Positions 1 to 11,800 of a stretch of 64,000 bases of DNA are shown piece by piece. The stretch lies in IMG/VR virus record IMGVR_UViG_3300045988_011398, one strand, 5' to 3'. Both the position numbers and the translations under genes were made by a program. Below the pieces are notes generated by a model that was not told where the DNA came from, did no database searches, and saw nothing but the letters and a program-made list of their open reading frames with translations. Each line of letters begins with the position of its first letter. Within the stretch, counting starts at the first letter, position 1. This stretch comes from a virus.

Positions 1-1
1 C

Positions 2-1684
2 CTTATTGCAAAGGAAATGGCAGGCATTATAAGTGCCCATCAGACTTCTGATTACAGTAAGGTTGAGTTCTATAAGAAACAAGTTGCTGTAGGATTCCTA
101 TTTAAGAGAATAATGAGAACTGCTGATAGTCTTGGTCAGCTTGTACAAGCTACAAGGTCTGATACTCAAGGTGGTGCAGCAGGTCCAACTATTGCTGATA
201 CAAAGCTCAAAATCCAAAAGGTTCAAGACTTCTTGAAAGATATGGAGGAGAATGACAAGTTCCCACTTGTAGGGGCAGATGTAATCAGTGACAGTATTTC
301 TCTTAATGATGACATTGACAACATAAGAGAGCAATTGCTTGCAAGTAAATTGCCTTTTTTACAGGCATTCTACACACTTGGATTGAAGCAATCAGAGAGA
401 ATGCTAAGCAAGTATTTCCCTCAATTCACTGAGTCATTTGATGAAGTGGTTGATGTTCTTAGAAACATGACAAAGACAGGTAGATTAAATGTGAAGACTA
501 TGAATAGTATTTACAATGATTTGCTTGCTTACATAATGTCTAAGACAGATTTCTTTGGTGCAGAACCTGATTGGAGTTCAGTAGATGAGAATGGTAATCC
601 TACAAAGATGATTACATCTGCTGACAAGAGAAGGGACTTCATCAATAATTTCCCAACTTACTTCAAGAAAGTGGTTGCAGAGAATGAGGATATAGCTGAC
701 CTTGAGTTTATTAAGAGACTTAGAGTGATAAGGGCAAATGATACAAATCCTGTGGATACTGTAGTATTCAAGAATGTTGGTCAGTTAAGTCCTACTCTAA
801 GAGAAAGATATATGAGAGACTGGGCTTCTCTATTATATATGAGTAACCCAGAAGCTCAAAAACTTGCTCTTAATCTATTCAGATGCAGCTTCTACAGAAA
901 TGGCTTTGCATTTGGTCCTTCCACATTTATTCACTTGGCTCCTGTAGCTGTAAGAAATGCAGTTCCAGAGTACATTGAAACACTGAGAAGTCTCCTTACA
1001 TCTGAGGATGATTACAGTAACTTTGTTGAACAGTATATCTATAATCACCTTGATAATAGAAAGCTTGTTCCTGAAGTTCCTGATGATGCCTCAACATCAT
1101 TCATAGGTGAAGACAATGAAATAAAAGATGAAGTCACATTTGTAATAGATGAAAATGCCAACTTTGGTGATAAAAAGGTTGTCAAGAAGAGAATAGATAC
1201 ACCTGATGGTCCTGTATATGATTTCTTTGATTTCATTGCAAGAAGAAACAGAGGTAACTATGTTTATTACAGATTGACTACAGACAGAGTTGATGAGTCT
1301 AATGTGGCAGTCTATAGGAGAATTGAGCCACTTGGATTTAGAAACAGTTTCATTGAATATGAATATGGCAAGGAAGCAAGTGAGATGACTTCTGTAATTG
1401 AGAAGAATAGTAAGGACTATAATCCTAATCCTAATGTTGATTATGAGGCATTTGCTTCATTTGAAACTCCTCAAATGACAGAAGAAGACTTGGCTTATTC
1501 TGAGATATATAGAGAGGCATTCAGTGAGGATGCTTTAAGACAGGCTTATGGAGACATTTATGGTGCTCCCCTTGAAATGCCACAAGGTTCTGAAAATGAT
1601 GTGACATCTATTCAGCCTAATATGGATTACAAGGATGAGAATGGTGATAATATTTGTGGTGCAACAACTTTATATAGCTTATAA
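2..1684 (+). CDS. C-terminal part of a large hypothetical protein; the ORF is open to the left window edge
   Basis: Frame is open from nt 2 (LIAKEM...), so the ATG at 17 need not be the start. At least 555 aa without stops, TAA at 1682-1684, 3-nt gap to the next ORF. No motif recognised. Confidence 0.6.
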   Translation, partial: LIAKEMAGIISAHQTSDYSKVEFYKKQVAVGFLFKRIMRTADSLGQLVQATRSDTQGGAAGPTIADTKLKIQKVQDFLKDMEENDKFPLVGADVISDSISLNDDIDNIREQLLASKLPFLQAFYTLGLKQSERMLSKYFPQFTESFDEVVDVLRNMTKTGRLNVKTMNSIYNDLLAYIMSKTDFFGAEPDWSSVDENGNPTKMITSADKRRDFINNFPTYFKKVVAENEDIADLEFIKRLRVIRANDTNPVDTVVFKNVGQLSPTLRERYMRDWASLLYMSNPEAQKLALNLFRCSFYRNGFAFGPSTFIHLAPVAVRNAVPEYIETLRSLLTSEDDYSNFVEQYIYNHLDNRKLVPEVPDDASTSFIGEDNEIKDEVTFVIDENANFGDKKVVKKRIDTPDGPVYDFFDFIARRNRGNYVYYRLTTDRVDESNVAVYRRIEPLGFRNSFIEYEYGKEASEMTSVIEKNSKDYNPNPNVDYEAFASFETPQMTEEDLAYSEIYREAFSEDALRQAYGDIYGAPLEMPQGSENDVTSIQPNMDYKDENGDNICGATTLYSL

Positions 1685-1687
1685 GAT

Positions 1688-4600
1688 ATGGCAAGAAATT
1701 GTGCAATTATCCCTCAAGTAAGAAACAATAAAGGTCAGGTAGTAGACAGCAAGCTCTTTAAGGGCTTGCTTGCCTACACTGGCAATAATAGGTCAGAAGC
1801 TACCAGACTTTATTTGATTACTAAGAGTAGTGAGTTTATTAAGAATTGGAATCCAAGGCTAACTCTTGATGAAAACAATGAACCTACATTGAGAAGTCTT
1901 CTACAAAAGACCAATCTTAGTGATGTTATTCCTGAGTCAAAAGTACTTGAAAGACTCAATAGGGAAATAGGGTACTATAAGAGGGGAATGGATAGACCTG
2001 CTCTTTGGGTAAATAATGATGAGAACTATCAGAAGTTACTACAGAAGGCAATCTCATTCAATCAAACCTCAGATTTCAGGGATGACTATGTAGCTAAGAT
2101 TATTAAGATTCAGGACACTGAATCTCCAAGAATCTTCATAGGAGTAAAGGTTGAGAAGAGAAACAGGCTTAACTCAATTGATGCTGACAAAATGGCATAT
2201 AATGCCAATCTTAATAGTAGATTAAGAGACATTTTGGCAGCTAATGGCATTGCAATAGGTGCTCTTACAGACCTTGAGAAGAGAATGGGAATCAATGGTG
2301 TAACTGACTTTGATGTGGCAAGAACTGCTGCTAATGGAATGATTGAGATGATTAGATTGGCTAATGGTATTGAAGGAGAAAAAGCTCTTCCTGAAGAGTT
2401 TGCCCACTTTGCTATTGAGGCAATGGGAGAGTCCCCCCTTATCAATAGATTGATTAATAATCTCAGTTCAAGTGGTCTTATAGGTGAAATACTTGGTGAT
2501 GAGTATGAGACCTACAATACTCTCTACAAAGGTGATACTGCAAAGTTAGCTAAAGAAGCAGCAGGTAAATTACTTGCAAAGCACTTATTGAAGTCAGAGC
2601 CTATAGGACAGAAACCCTACAAGAATTTATTAGAGAGAGTAATCTCAGCTATTAAATCCTTCTTCAAGACAATGAATGCCAACCAGATACAAAAGGCTAT
2701 GTATGAAGTAGACAAAGACTTTGGCAGGCTGGCAAGAGATATTCTCAATGGTAGAATGGATGAAGAGATAAATGTGGGGAACATTAATTCCTCTGGCTTA
2801 TTCTATCAGACCAATGAAAGAGTTCAAAGGGATAGAAGGCTATTGCAGGACATCATGAATAATGAGTTGAAGAGGCTCAAGATTTATGAGAAGAGAAATC
2901 CTAATAGCCAATTCAGTGCCAACCAAAGACTTCTTATTGACAGGCTTGAGCTTGAATTAGCTGACAATAATGAAGTTGAGGGAATCTATGCTTTCCTTGA
3001 TAATGCTCTTGAAGAATTACAGAAGGTAAGCAGTAGGCTTGAGGTGCTAAGAAACACTCCAGCCACTAATGCAAATGAAAGGGCTTCTGTATTGAGAGAT
3101 GTGAGAAATTACATGTACTCATATAAGAATATCATTGAGGATATAAGAAAGGCATTGGTAGATGAGGAAAGATACACTGATAATAGATATGGTCAGAGAG
3201 TCAGAGTAGCATTGGATAATGCTTCTATTTTGATTGGAGACCTATTTGTTAAGTACAATGATGTTTCTATGCCTCTATTTGTGGACTTCATTAAGCCATT
3301 TGTAGGAGAAAATATCATGATACCTTTTGGTAAGTTCAAGGGTAAAGTGATTAAGGCTGAGGATTTAGTGAAGATGGCTGATGAGGATATTTCCTTCTTT
3401 GACAGATGGCTTGATAGTATGGCAGATTCTTCTGACTATATGTTGAAAGTAATGGACCAAGCTGTCAAGAAGAGTAAGGAACAGGCAAGATTGAGGACTA
3501 TTGATGTAATGAAACAATTACAGGCTGCCACTATTAAACTTGAAAAGGCTGGTATTAAGAATACTGACTGGATGTTTGAGAGGGACAGCAAGGGTAATTT
3601 AAGTGGTAATTACATCTCTGAAATCAATCAAGCCTTGTTCAAGGAGAAAGTAAGGGAAATGTTCAAATCTCTTAATGAGAAGTATGGAAAGAACCCTGTT
3701 GGTGAAAATGCTGAGAAGTATAAGAAAGAAAGACAGGCTTGGTTTGATGCCAATATGGAAATAGTCAATGGTAAGAAAGTACCTAAGATGTCAATCTATG
3801 GTAATAAGCAATACCAAAGACTGAATGCAGCTCAGAAAGAGTATTATGATACAGTGATGAACATTAAGTCCCAGTTGGATTCTTATTTGCCTGAGAAGTA
3901 CACTACACTTACTAATGCTGTCAAGATAAGAAAGGACTTGCTTGAGAGGGTCAAGTCATCTGATGGTGTGAGGTCAGGGGCAAAGCAGATATGGGAAAGT
4001 ATCAAGGATGAGTTTATTAGAAGGACTGATGATGTGGACTTTGGAGACAGAGCCACAGTGAAGGACTTTGAAGGCAATGAGGTACAGACTCTTCCTATAT
4101 ACTTTACTAAACTGAAAGAGGGAGAAAGTGCAAATGACCTGTCTACTGACATTGTAAGTACTCTCACAGCCTATGCTGCAATGGCTAATGACTTTGATGA
4201 AATGAACAAGGTTATTGATGTGCTTGAGTTAGGCAGAGACTTACTAAGAGAAAGGCAAGTAATTCAAACTCAAGGAGGTAAGCCACTTGTAGAGAAGTTT
4301 AAGGCAGTAGGTAGAAAGGTTGAGAGTAAATTAACAAAAGAAGGAGAAGCTACAAGATTTGTCCAAAGACTGAATGACTTCTTTGAAATGCAAGTATATG
4401 GAAGATACATGGCAGATGAAGGTACATTTGGTAAGACAAATATTGATAAGGGTAAAGTCGCTAACTTTGTAAATAGAGTTACTTCTATGAACAACTTAGC
4501 ACTCAATGTTCTTTCAGGTATTTCCAATATAGCTACTGGTAAAGTGATGATGAGAATTGAGTCATTTGCTGGTGAGTTCTTCAATGAGAAGAATACAATT

Positions 4601-5725
4601 ACTGCTGATAGGATATATGGTCAATCTCTTCCTGCATATCTTGCTGAAATAGGTAATAGAGTAAAGACAAGTAAACTTGCTCTATGGGATGAATTGTTCA
4701 ATGTGATGCAAGAGTATGAGCAGGATGTCAGAGAAGTGAACTTTGATAGGAAGACTTGGTTCAGTAGAATGTTTGGCGCATCTACATTATTCTTTATGAA
4801 CAATGCGGGTGAACATTGGATGCAGAACAGAACCTCTTTAGCCTTAGCTGATGCCTATAAGATGAAAGCACCTAATGGTAAGATTGTCAGTCTATGGGAT
4901 GCTATGGAAGTAGTTCCTATTGATAAGAATAATAAGAAAGCTGGTGCTAAACTTCAATTGAAGCAAGGTTATACAAAGGCTGATGGCTCTGCATTTACAC
5001 AGGATGACATTATCAAGTTCAGTAGAAGAAGTGCAGCAATCAATCAGAGAATGCACGGTATTTACAATAAGGCTGATAGGTCAGCAGTACAAAGATTGGC
5101 TATTGGTAGAATGGGTATGATGTTCAGAAAATGGATTAAACCATCTCTGAATAGAAGATTCAAGTCAGCTACTTATAACTATGATTTGGATGCTTGGACT
5201 GAAGGTTATTATAGAACAAGTGGTAGATTCCTGTTACAACTTGCAAGAGATTTGAGAGAAACTCAATTTAATCTTGCTGCAAGGTGGAAAGAGCTTACCC
5301 CTACTGAGAAGGCTAACATAAGAAGAGCATTGACTGAGACAGGTCACTTCTTGGCAGTAATGGCTATTATTGGTCTCATTGAGTGGTCTGATGATAAGGA
5401 TAGACCTTGGTTAGTGAGGATGGCTGAATATCAAGCAAGAAGATTGTACACTGAATTAGGTGCTATGATACCCGGCAAACCTATGATTTCAGAAGGTTTG
5501 AAGATTATCAAATCACCTGCTGCTGGTGTGAATACAATTGAGAATATGCTTGATTTAACTAAACTGCTTAATCCTTGGAACTACATGGATGAATTACAGT
5601 CTGGTAGATATGAAGGACACAGTACTGCATACAAGTCATTCTTTGAATCTCCTATAATTCCTATGAACAGGACTATTTATAGAGGATTGCATCCTGAGAC
5701 TGGTATTCCATTCTTCAAGCAATAA
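1688..5725 (+). CDS. Large hypothetical protein (1345 aa), coiled-coil rich with a C-terminal hydrophobic segment
   Basis: Uninterrupted 4 kb ORF tightly coupled to the upstream ORF. Hydrophobic stretch GHFLAVMAIIGLIEW near the C-terminus. No DxDGD or other catalytic motif seen. Ends at a convergent terminator. Confidence 0.65.
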   Translation: MARNCAIIPQVRNNKGQVVDSKLFKGLLAYTGNNRSEATRLYLITKSSEFIKNWNPRLTLDENNEPTLRSLLQKTNLSDVIPESKVLERLNREIGYYKRGMDRPALWVNNDENYQKLLQKAISFNQTSDFRDDYVAKIIKIQDTESPRIFIGVKVEKRNRLNSIDADKMAYNANLNSRLRDILAANGIAIGALTDLEKRMGINGVTDFDVARTAANGMIEMIRLANGIEGEKALPEEFAHFAIEAMGESPLINRLINNLSSSGLIGEILGDEYETYNTLYKGDTAKLAKEAAGKLLAKHLLKSEPIGQKPYKNLLERVISAIKSFFKTMNANQIQKAMYEVDKDFGRLARDILNGRMDEEINVGNINSSGLFYQTNERVQRDRRLLQDIMNNELKRLKIYEKRNPNSQFSANQRLLIDRLELELADNNEVEGIYAFLDNALEELQKVSSRLEVLRNTPATNANERASVLRDVRNYMYSYKNIIEDIRKALVDEERYTDNRYGQRVRVALDNASILIGDLFVKYNDVSMPLFVDFIKPFVGENIMIPFGKFKGKVIKAEDLVKMADEDISFFDRWLDSMADSSDYMLKVMDQAVKKSKEQARLRTIDVMKQLQAATIKLEKAGIKNTDWMFERDSKGNLSGNYISEINQALFKEKVREMFKSLNEKYGKNPVGENAEKYKKERQAWFDANMEIVNGKKVPKMSIYGNKQYQRLNAAQKEYYDTVMNIKSQLDSYLPEKYTTLTNAVKIRKDLLERVKSSDGVRSGAKQIWESIKDEFIRRTDDVDFGDRATVKDFEGNEVQTLPIYFTKLKEGESANDLSTDIVSTLTAYAAMANDFDEMNKVIDVLELGRDLLRERQVIQTQGGKPLVEKFKAVGRKVESKLTKEGEATRFVQRLNDFFEMQVYGRYMADEGTFGKTNIDKGKVANFVNRVTSMNNLALNVLSGISNIATGKVMMRIESFAGEFFNEKNTITADRIYGQSLPAYLAEIGNRVKTSKLALWDELFNVMQEYEQDVREVNFDRKTWFSRMFGASTLFFMNNAGEHWMQNRTSLALADAYKMKAPNGKIVSLWDAMEVVPIDKNNKKAGAKLQLKQGYTKADGSAFTQDDIIKFSRRSAAINQRMHGIYNKADRSAVQRLAIGRMGMMFRKWIKPSLNRRFKSATYNYDLDAWTEGYYRTSGRFLLQLARDLRETQFNLAARWKELTPTEKANIRRALTETGHFLAVMAIIGLIEWSDDKDRPWLVRMAEYQARRLYTELGAMIPGKPMISEGLKIIKSPAAGVNTIENMLDLTKLLNPWNYMDELQSGRYEGHSTAYKSFFESPIIPMNRTIYRGLHPETGIPFFKQ

Positions 5726-5740
5726 GATAAGGATAAAAAG

Positions 5741-5772
5741 AAAGGGAAGTAGATTAAGTTCTACTTCCCTTT
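5741..5772. terminator. Bidirectional intrinsic terminator between convergent gene blocks
   Basis: 12-bp stem AAAGGGAAGTAG / CTACTTCCCTTT with an 8-nt loop, A-run on the left and T-run on the right. Lies between the stop at 5725 (+) and the stop at 5808 (-). Confidence 0.8.
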
Positions 5773-5807
5773 TTCTTTCTCCTTTATAAAAAATTTCACC
5801 CTACTGA

Positions 5808-8800
5808 TTAAAGAGCTATACATTTAACTGCTTGGTCTCTCTCTTGTTGTGAGACTGCATCAAACTTCTCTTGTGTCCATCCCTTATTCAATAGGGATTC
5901 TTGTATCTCAGCATCTAATGACTCAAATGATGTAGTATCTTGCTTTTTTGATTCTCTCATTTGACTTAGTGAAGGTACTTTATAATTACTTGATGAGTAC
6001 TTTCCTTCATTGATATTTCTGTAATAATCAATCAAGTGGGGTCTCATGTTATTCCAATTAGTAACCTTAGCAAATAAGTCTTTGAAGAAATCAAGAATCT
6101 TTCTACCAATACCTCTATTCCCTCTGGTCATTACATACTCTCTGAATCCTTCTGCCATATCCTCTTCAAGAGAGGCATCATCTTTATTACCATACATTTC
6201 CTTAGCCTCAGCCAATAATGCTTGTCTCTCATTATTGTCAAGAAGAAGTTGAAATACTGCATGGAAGGCTTCATGGTAAGTAGTACCCTCAGCAGCTATA
6301 TCAGATAAAGTAATTATGCCATTATTGAATTGTCCCCAAGCCAATGCTCCTTGATTTCCAACTCTAATAAGACCCTTTATTACTCTTACCCTATCATTAT
6401 CAGATAATTGAGGAAGGACTTTCTTTATCCAAGCAAGTTCCTTTTCTTGATTCCAAGTACCTCTTGTCTCATCATCTACCCTTCTCAAACTACCCAAATC
6501 CAAGTCATCCTCAAATTCATCATCATTCTCATTTACTGCTTGTTCTGCTTGTGCAGCCTTAGCTGCCCCAGACTCAGTAGGAGTAGATAATATAGTGGCA
6601 GGAGTCTCAGTTTTAGGTGCTTCTACTACAGGAGCAGATGAAGGGTCAAATATGAGAGTCTTCTCATTTGACATATCTACCACTCTTTGAGGATTACCAT
6701 TAAGCATCTTCTTGATAGTATCCTTAGCCTGCTGCTCAGTCATGGTCATTGGGTCATTCTTGATAAGAGTAATTGAATTACCATTAGGGAATACTGCCAT
6801 GTATGAATTACTTGCAACATGGGCTTCTTCACCTTGTCTACCAAATCCCTTAGTTATAGTAGGTATCTTAGCCATATACACCTCAACACCATTCACTTTA
6901 CCAATAGGAGTTAGATAACTCTTGTGTAATTTACCATCTCTTACAAAATAACCTACCTTACTATCTTCAAGACTATATTCAGGAAGCACATCATTAACAG
7001 GGTCTTGTGTTTCAAGAGCACTATTAAAGACTGGTACTGTTGAGTTAGTAGGAGTAGGTTCACTTGCCTTTACAGCACCTACTAATGGTACATTAACAGC
7101 AGGATTATAGGTTATCATTATACCCTTCTCCTTTGTTACTCCATCAACAACATCCTTATTATAGTTAAGAACAAATGGTAGAACAGCAAGTGTAGTGATA
7201 GGAGTATGATATTGAGACTCAAACAGATTCTTATATGCAGACAATTGTAGAGTATAGTAATCCTTAGCACTCATTCTTTGAGTAGCTGAAGGGCTGGTGA
7301 AGTAATTCACTCTATGACCATATCTGTCTGTGAAATCATAGAAGCTATATCTGCTTGTCTTTACATCATATATCCTGAAGTTTCCATCTGCATCTACTGA
7401 AAGAATATCAACCTCACCTGCAACTCTTGTCCCATCAGCATACTTCTGGAATAGTACAATGTTATTGGTTAGGAATCTTTCACCTCTTGCCTCAATGTTA
7501 GACCTGATTTCTGTAAGTGAGGCAATCAAATCTGTGAAAGCTTTCTCACTCATATTATCAGGCTTTACAGGAGTATCATTTGATGTAAAGAAGTTTCTAA
7601 TCACACTATCCACAGCAGTACCAGCATTTAAGGCTCTTTGTGAGTTAGTGCCAGACATACTGTCTCTTATGATGTTTACAATAGTATCTCTACTTCTTGC
7701 ATCAATCTTACCACTGAATGCACTTAAATCAACCTTCCAATGATTACCTAAGTACTTCAAGTAGTTATTGTACTGAGTAACATTATCTGCCAATTGAGAC
7801 AATCTTACTCTTATATCTTTAAGAGCATCAGTTTGCTTCTTTGATTCAATCCAATTACTTCCTAATCTGCTGTGTACTCTTTCATACTTATGGTACTGAC
7901 CATCTTCCTCAAGTATATAATAGAACTCACCATCAGTTCTTGTCTTATCTACTTTCTTCTGATTCTCAGCTATCTGAGCTATGACTTTCTTACTGTCTCC
8001 TACAGTTCTTTCTCTACCAGCAATCTTATCCTTAACCTCTTGAGCTTCTTTACCTGTCAAGTATTTCTGAGTTCCTCTATCCAATACCTGACCACTTGGT
8101 AACAGGATTTTATTATTCCATATCAAAGAACCATTAGTAGCATCACCAAAGTTAGCACTTGCCCAAGCTAAATCACTGATTAACTGAGCATTCTTAGGAT
8201 ATACCCTTTGATTGTTACTACCATATATAACACCAGTAGTCAAATCTACTCCATAAGTAGCACCATCAACAACTACCTTAGTACCTGTAATAACACCCTC
8301 AGTCCCACCTACAGGAGTTTCTATCTTCCTTGTAGTATCTGGAGTTACAGATGCAGGGTTTATAGCCTGATGTAAATTACCTTCCACATCAAAGTAGTCA
8401 GTAGTAAACCAGCTACTTATCACTCTTGCATCAGAGATATTTGATGTAAGTACATTAGAATTGATAAGTACATTGTTATATCCACCTCTATTCAACATAC
8501 CAAGATTCACCTGAATAGGTAGATTGAAGTCAAGAAGGATTTCACTTATCTCCTTTGATACATCCTCAATACTCTTTGAGGCAGGCTCTGTTTGTACCTC
8601 TTCATTTCCTGTAATAGAGAATAGAGTGTTTTGGTCCCACTTCTCAGTTAAGAATACTGTCTTTACAGTCTCCTTTCTTATTCTCTTGCCATCTTTCTCC
8701 TCATATATCTCATTACCTTGAGCATCTCTTTGCACCTTAGTAAATCTAATACCATTACCTGAGTCAGATGTAAACCAGTCAATGTGCAAATCTCCAGTAT

Positions 8801-11800
8801 AAAGATTGGTTGCAAGAGACTTGACTGCATTATTCAAATCATCCTCACTCAATGAATTAGCAAGTGCATCAATGGACTCTTGTATATTCTTATATACCTG
8901 AGTACTTTGTACTTCAACATCCTCAGGATTAAACTCAGTTTTGTTGAAGTGCTTTACTCTTACAGCAGCAGGTGAATACTTACCAGCAGCATTAGGTATA
9001 AGAAGATACATTCTACCCTCCTTTTGAGCCATATCTACTGGCTTGATAATAAGACTATCATCCAATCTACCATTAGTAGCCAATGTACCATTCTTGATTA
9101 TACCAAAGATAGGTGCTCTGCCCTCTCCTGATACATTAGGTATATTAGCCAAGCTTCTTTCCTCTGTGCTATAAGGTATTCTACCTACCATTACTTGTGA
9201 CACTCTTGTAGTAGGAGTAGCAATAAATCTCTTACTCTTATCACTTCTCTGTGCAAACTCAGCTTTTATCTTCTCTTCAAGACCAGCCAGACCCTCATAT
9301 CTATCTACTGAATAGTCAGATTCATCAAGGCTACCTACAATCTGGTTATTTCTTCTATCTACAATAAAGATTGTATGGTCATTGAACTCAGGGTCAATCA
9401 TAAATCCAAGCTCATCACCTGCCTTCAGATTACCTTCATTCACATAAGTAAATGCACCATTATCTCTTAGATAGTTATATAACTCATCAAAGTTTACACC
9501 TTTCTCTCTTTCAGCAGCTACTACATTGAATGGTCTAAAATCTCCTTCCTTACTTGCCTGAATATGCAACTCAGGTATTGAAGGTCTGTAGTAGGGTCTT
9601 CTACTCTTTTGCTTGCTGTCAAGTGATTGTGGGGTTTCAACTCTATTATTAGTTTCCTTATTCTCATCCTTTACTTGAGTTGCAGTTACATTACCTACAG
9701 GAGGTTCATAAGTAACCACAGGAAGACCCTCAGTGCTAACTGGAGGAATAGTAGAAGTACCACTATCACCTGTAGTATCTTTTGTAGGAGCCTTGGGATT
9801 TGGCTTGCCCTTTTCTCTTAGTGTCCTATAATCTTGTGAGAATCTATCCTTAAATCTATTCTCATTGTTGATTTGATTCATTGCTCTAAGAAGTGCATAC
9901 TGAGCTTCTTGGAATTTAACAGCATTCTCCTCTGGTGTTAAATTATCATCATACAGAGCATCTGCATTATCAACATATATAGAGTTAGGATTTGCTATCT
10001 CATTTAGATTAGAGGAGTTCTCAAATTGGTCTTGAAGTAGTTTAAGAGCATCTGCCTTGACAGCAGGACTTTCATCAAGAGAATTAATTGCTCTTTGCAC
10101 ATCTGTGTTGTAGGCATTTACTTCCCTATAATTCTTAGCCATCTCATTACCTTCATCTTCAAGAGATTTAAGTGTCTCTTCTCTTGTAGCAGCATCCTCT
10201 TCCTCATTAAGAGCCTGTCTGAACTCAGATAAGTTAGTGGCTGAGAGTAGTCTGCTCTTCAGATTATCAGACTTTTTCTTAGCTTCTTCCTTAGCAATGT
10301 TCTCAGTAGATGAGACTATATCTTCTTGGAGCTTAGCAGGATTCTCAAGATATTCCTTTAGCTTAGTATTATATTTACCAGTAGCATCTACTAATTTCAC
10401 AATATCATCAATCTTCTCATTGAATGCTTGTGCATCATCAGCAGTTACTCCACTAAGAGGACTCTCTATTACTGACTTGATTCCCTCTACTAACTTGGGG
10501 TCACTTGACAAGAGATAAGCAAAAGTCTTATCATCAAGACCTCTTACAGTCTCAAGAATAGACATATTCTTCCTTATCTGTCTCTCATTCTTATCAGCAG
10601 AATTATACAAATCAGACAATCCTGCATGAGCCTTACCTTCCTCAGTCTTGATTGAATTGTACATATCAGCAAGCTGAGACATACTTCCAAGCACTGTACC
10701 AATAGTAGGCTTTACTTCACTTGAAAGTTGATTAGCCCTATCTTGCCAATTACCAATTTGAGACTTCAACCAAGTCAATTCCTCAAGTTGCTCATCACTT
10801 AATTGCTGACCAGTTCTTACATCAATATCATCCTTAATCTTAGTATAGTTAGTGATAGTATTAAGCATTTCATCTCTTGTCTGAGTCAGCTTATCTATCA
10901 TTTCCTGCTTTCCCTCAGGAGTACTGTACATAGGATTACCATTCTTATCAATGAATGGACCAACCTTAGCTTCCTTACCATTTTCATCAGTTATAGTAGA
11001 AGTAGTATTTTCTACTATTGATGCAAGGTTCTCATCAGAAGTGTCATAGGCAGAATTAATGAGAGTAGTTAAATCTTCAAGTTTACCTGCATTATCAAAC
11101 ATTGCAATGTCAGAAATCAACTGAGCATGTTCAGCATTCTTGAACTCAAACTCATCATTGTTTTCTACAGCTTGGTTCATATCATTCTGATACTTATTAT
11201 GTCTGATAAGACCTTGATAGTAATTTATGAACTCAGGAGATTGAACCCTCTCATTCATATAATTAGCTATCTCATTCTCTCTATTCATCTTGTCTCTATA
11301 CTCTCTGAACTCACCAATAGTTCCACCTTCAAGAGTAACAGGAGATTGTAATCTACCTTCACTACTTCTTATCCCTCTGAACCTTGGCATACCAAGAGCA
11401 CCAGTAAGAGTACCAATAAAGAACTCCTCCCATGATGAACCATCATTCACTGTCTCATTAATACCTTGAGCAAAGGATTTCATCCAACTCAGTGTCTCCT
11501 GCTCAGCCTGTGAGTCTATCTTGGCTTTGTAGAAGTTATTTACATCATCCTCATAGTAATTACCAAATATTCTACTTGCTGCACCTTGTGAAATTTCCTC
11601 AAGACCCTCAGAAAGAGGACTCAAAGTAGCTCTTGCAATTCCCTTACCTGTAGTTCTTCCTGTAGTATATTCTCCTGCCTTACCAACTATGTTGGTTGCT
11701 TTTCTTGCAGTCTTGAAGCCATTGGCATACATTCTACCAAACTGAATAAGGTTAGATGCAGTAAGAATAGGTATATTCATAAGCAGGTCTGCATTACCCA

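Noticed and set aside
7380-7425. VDADGN in the 2304-aa protein as the DxDGD catalytic loop of the crAss-like virion RNA polymerase.
   Set aside because: The third Asp is missing. The motif sits within a textbook RecB-family pattern (D ... DxK ... QxxxY), so a nuclease reading is better supported. No DxDGD was found in any large ORF of the window.
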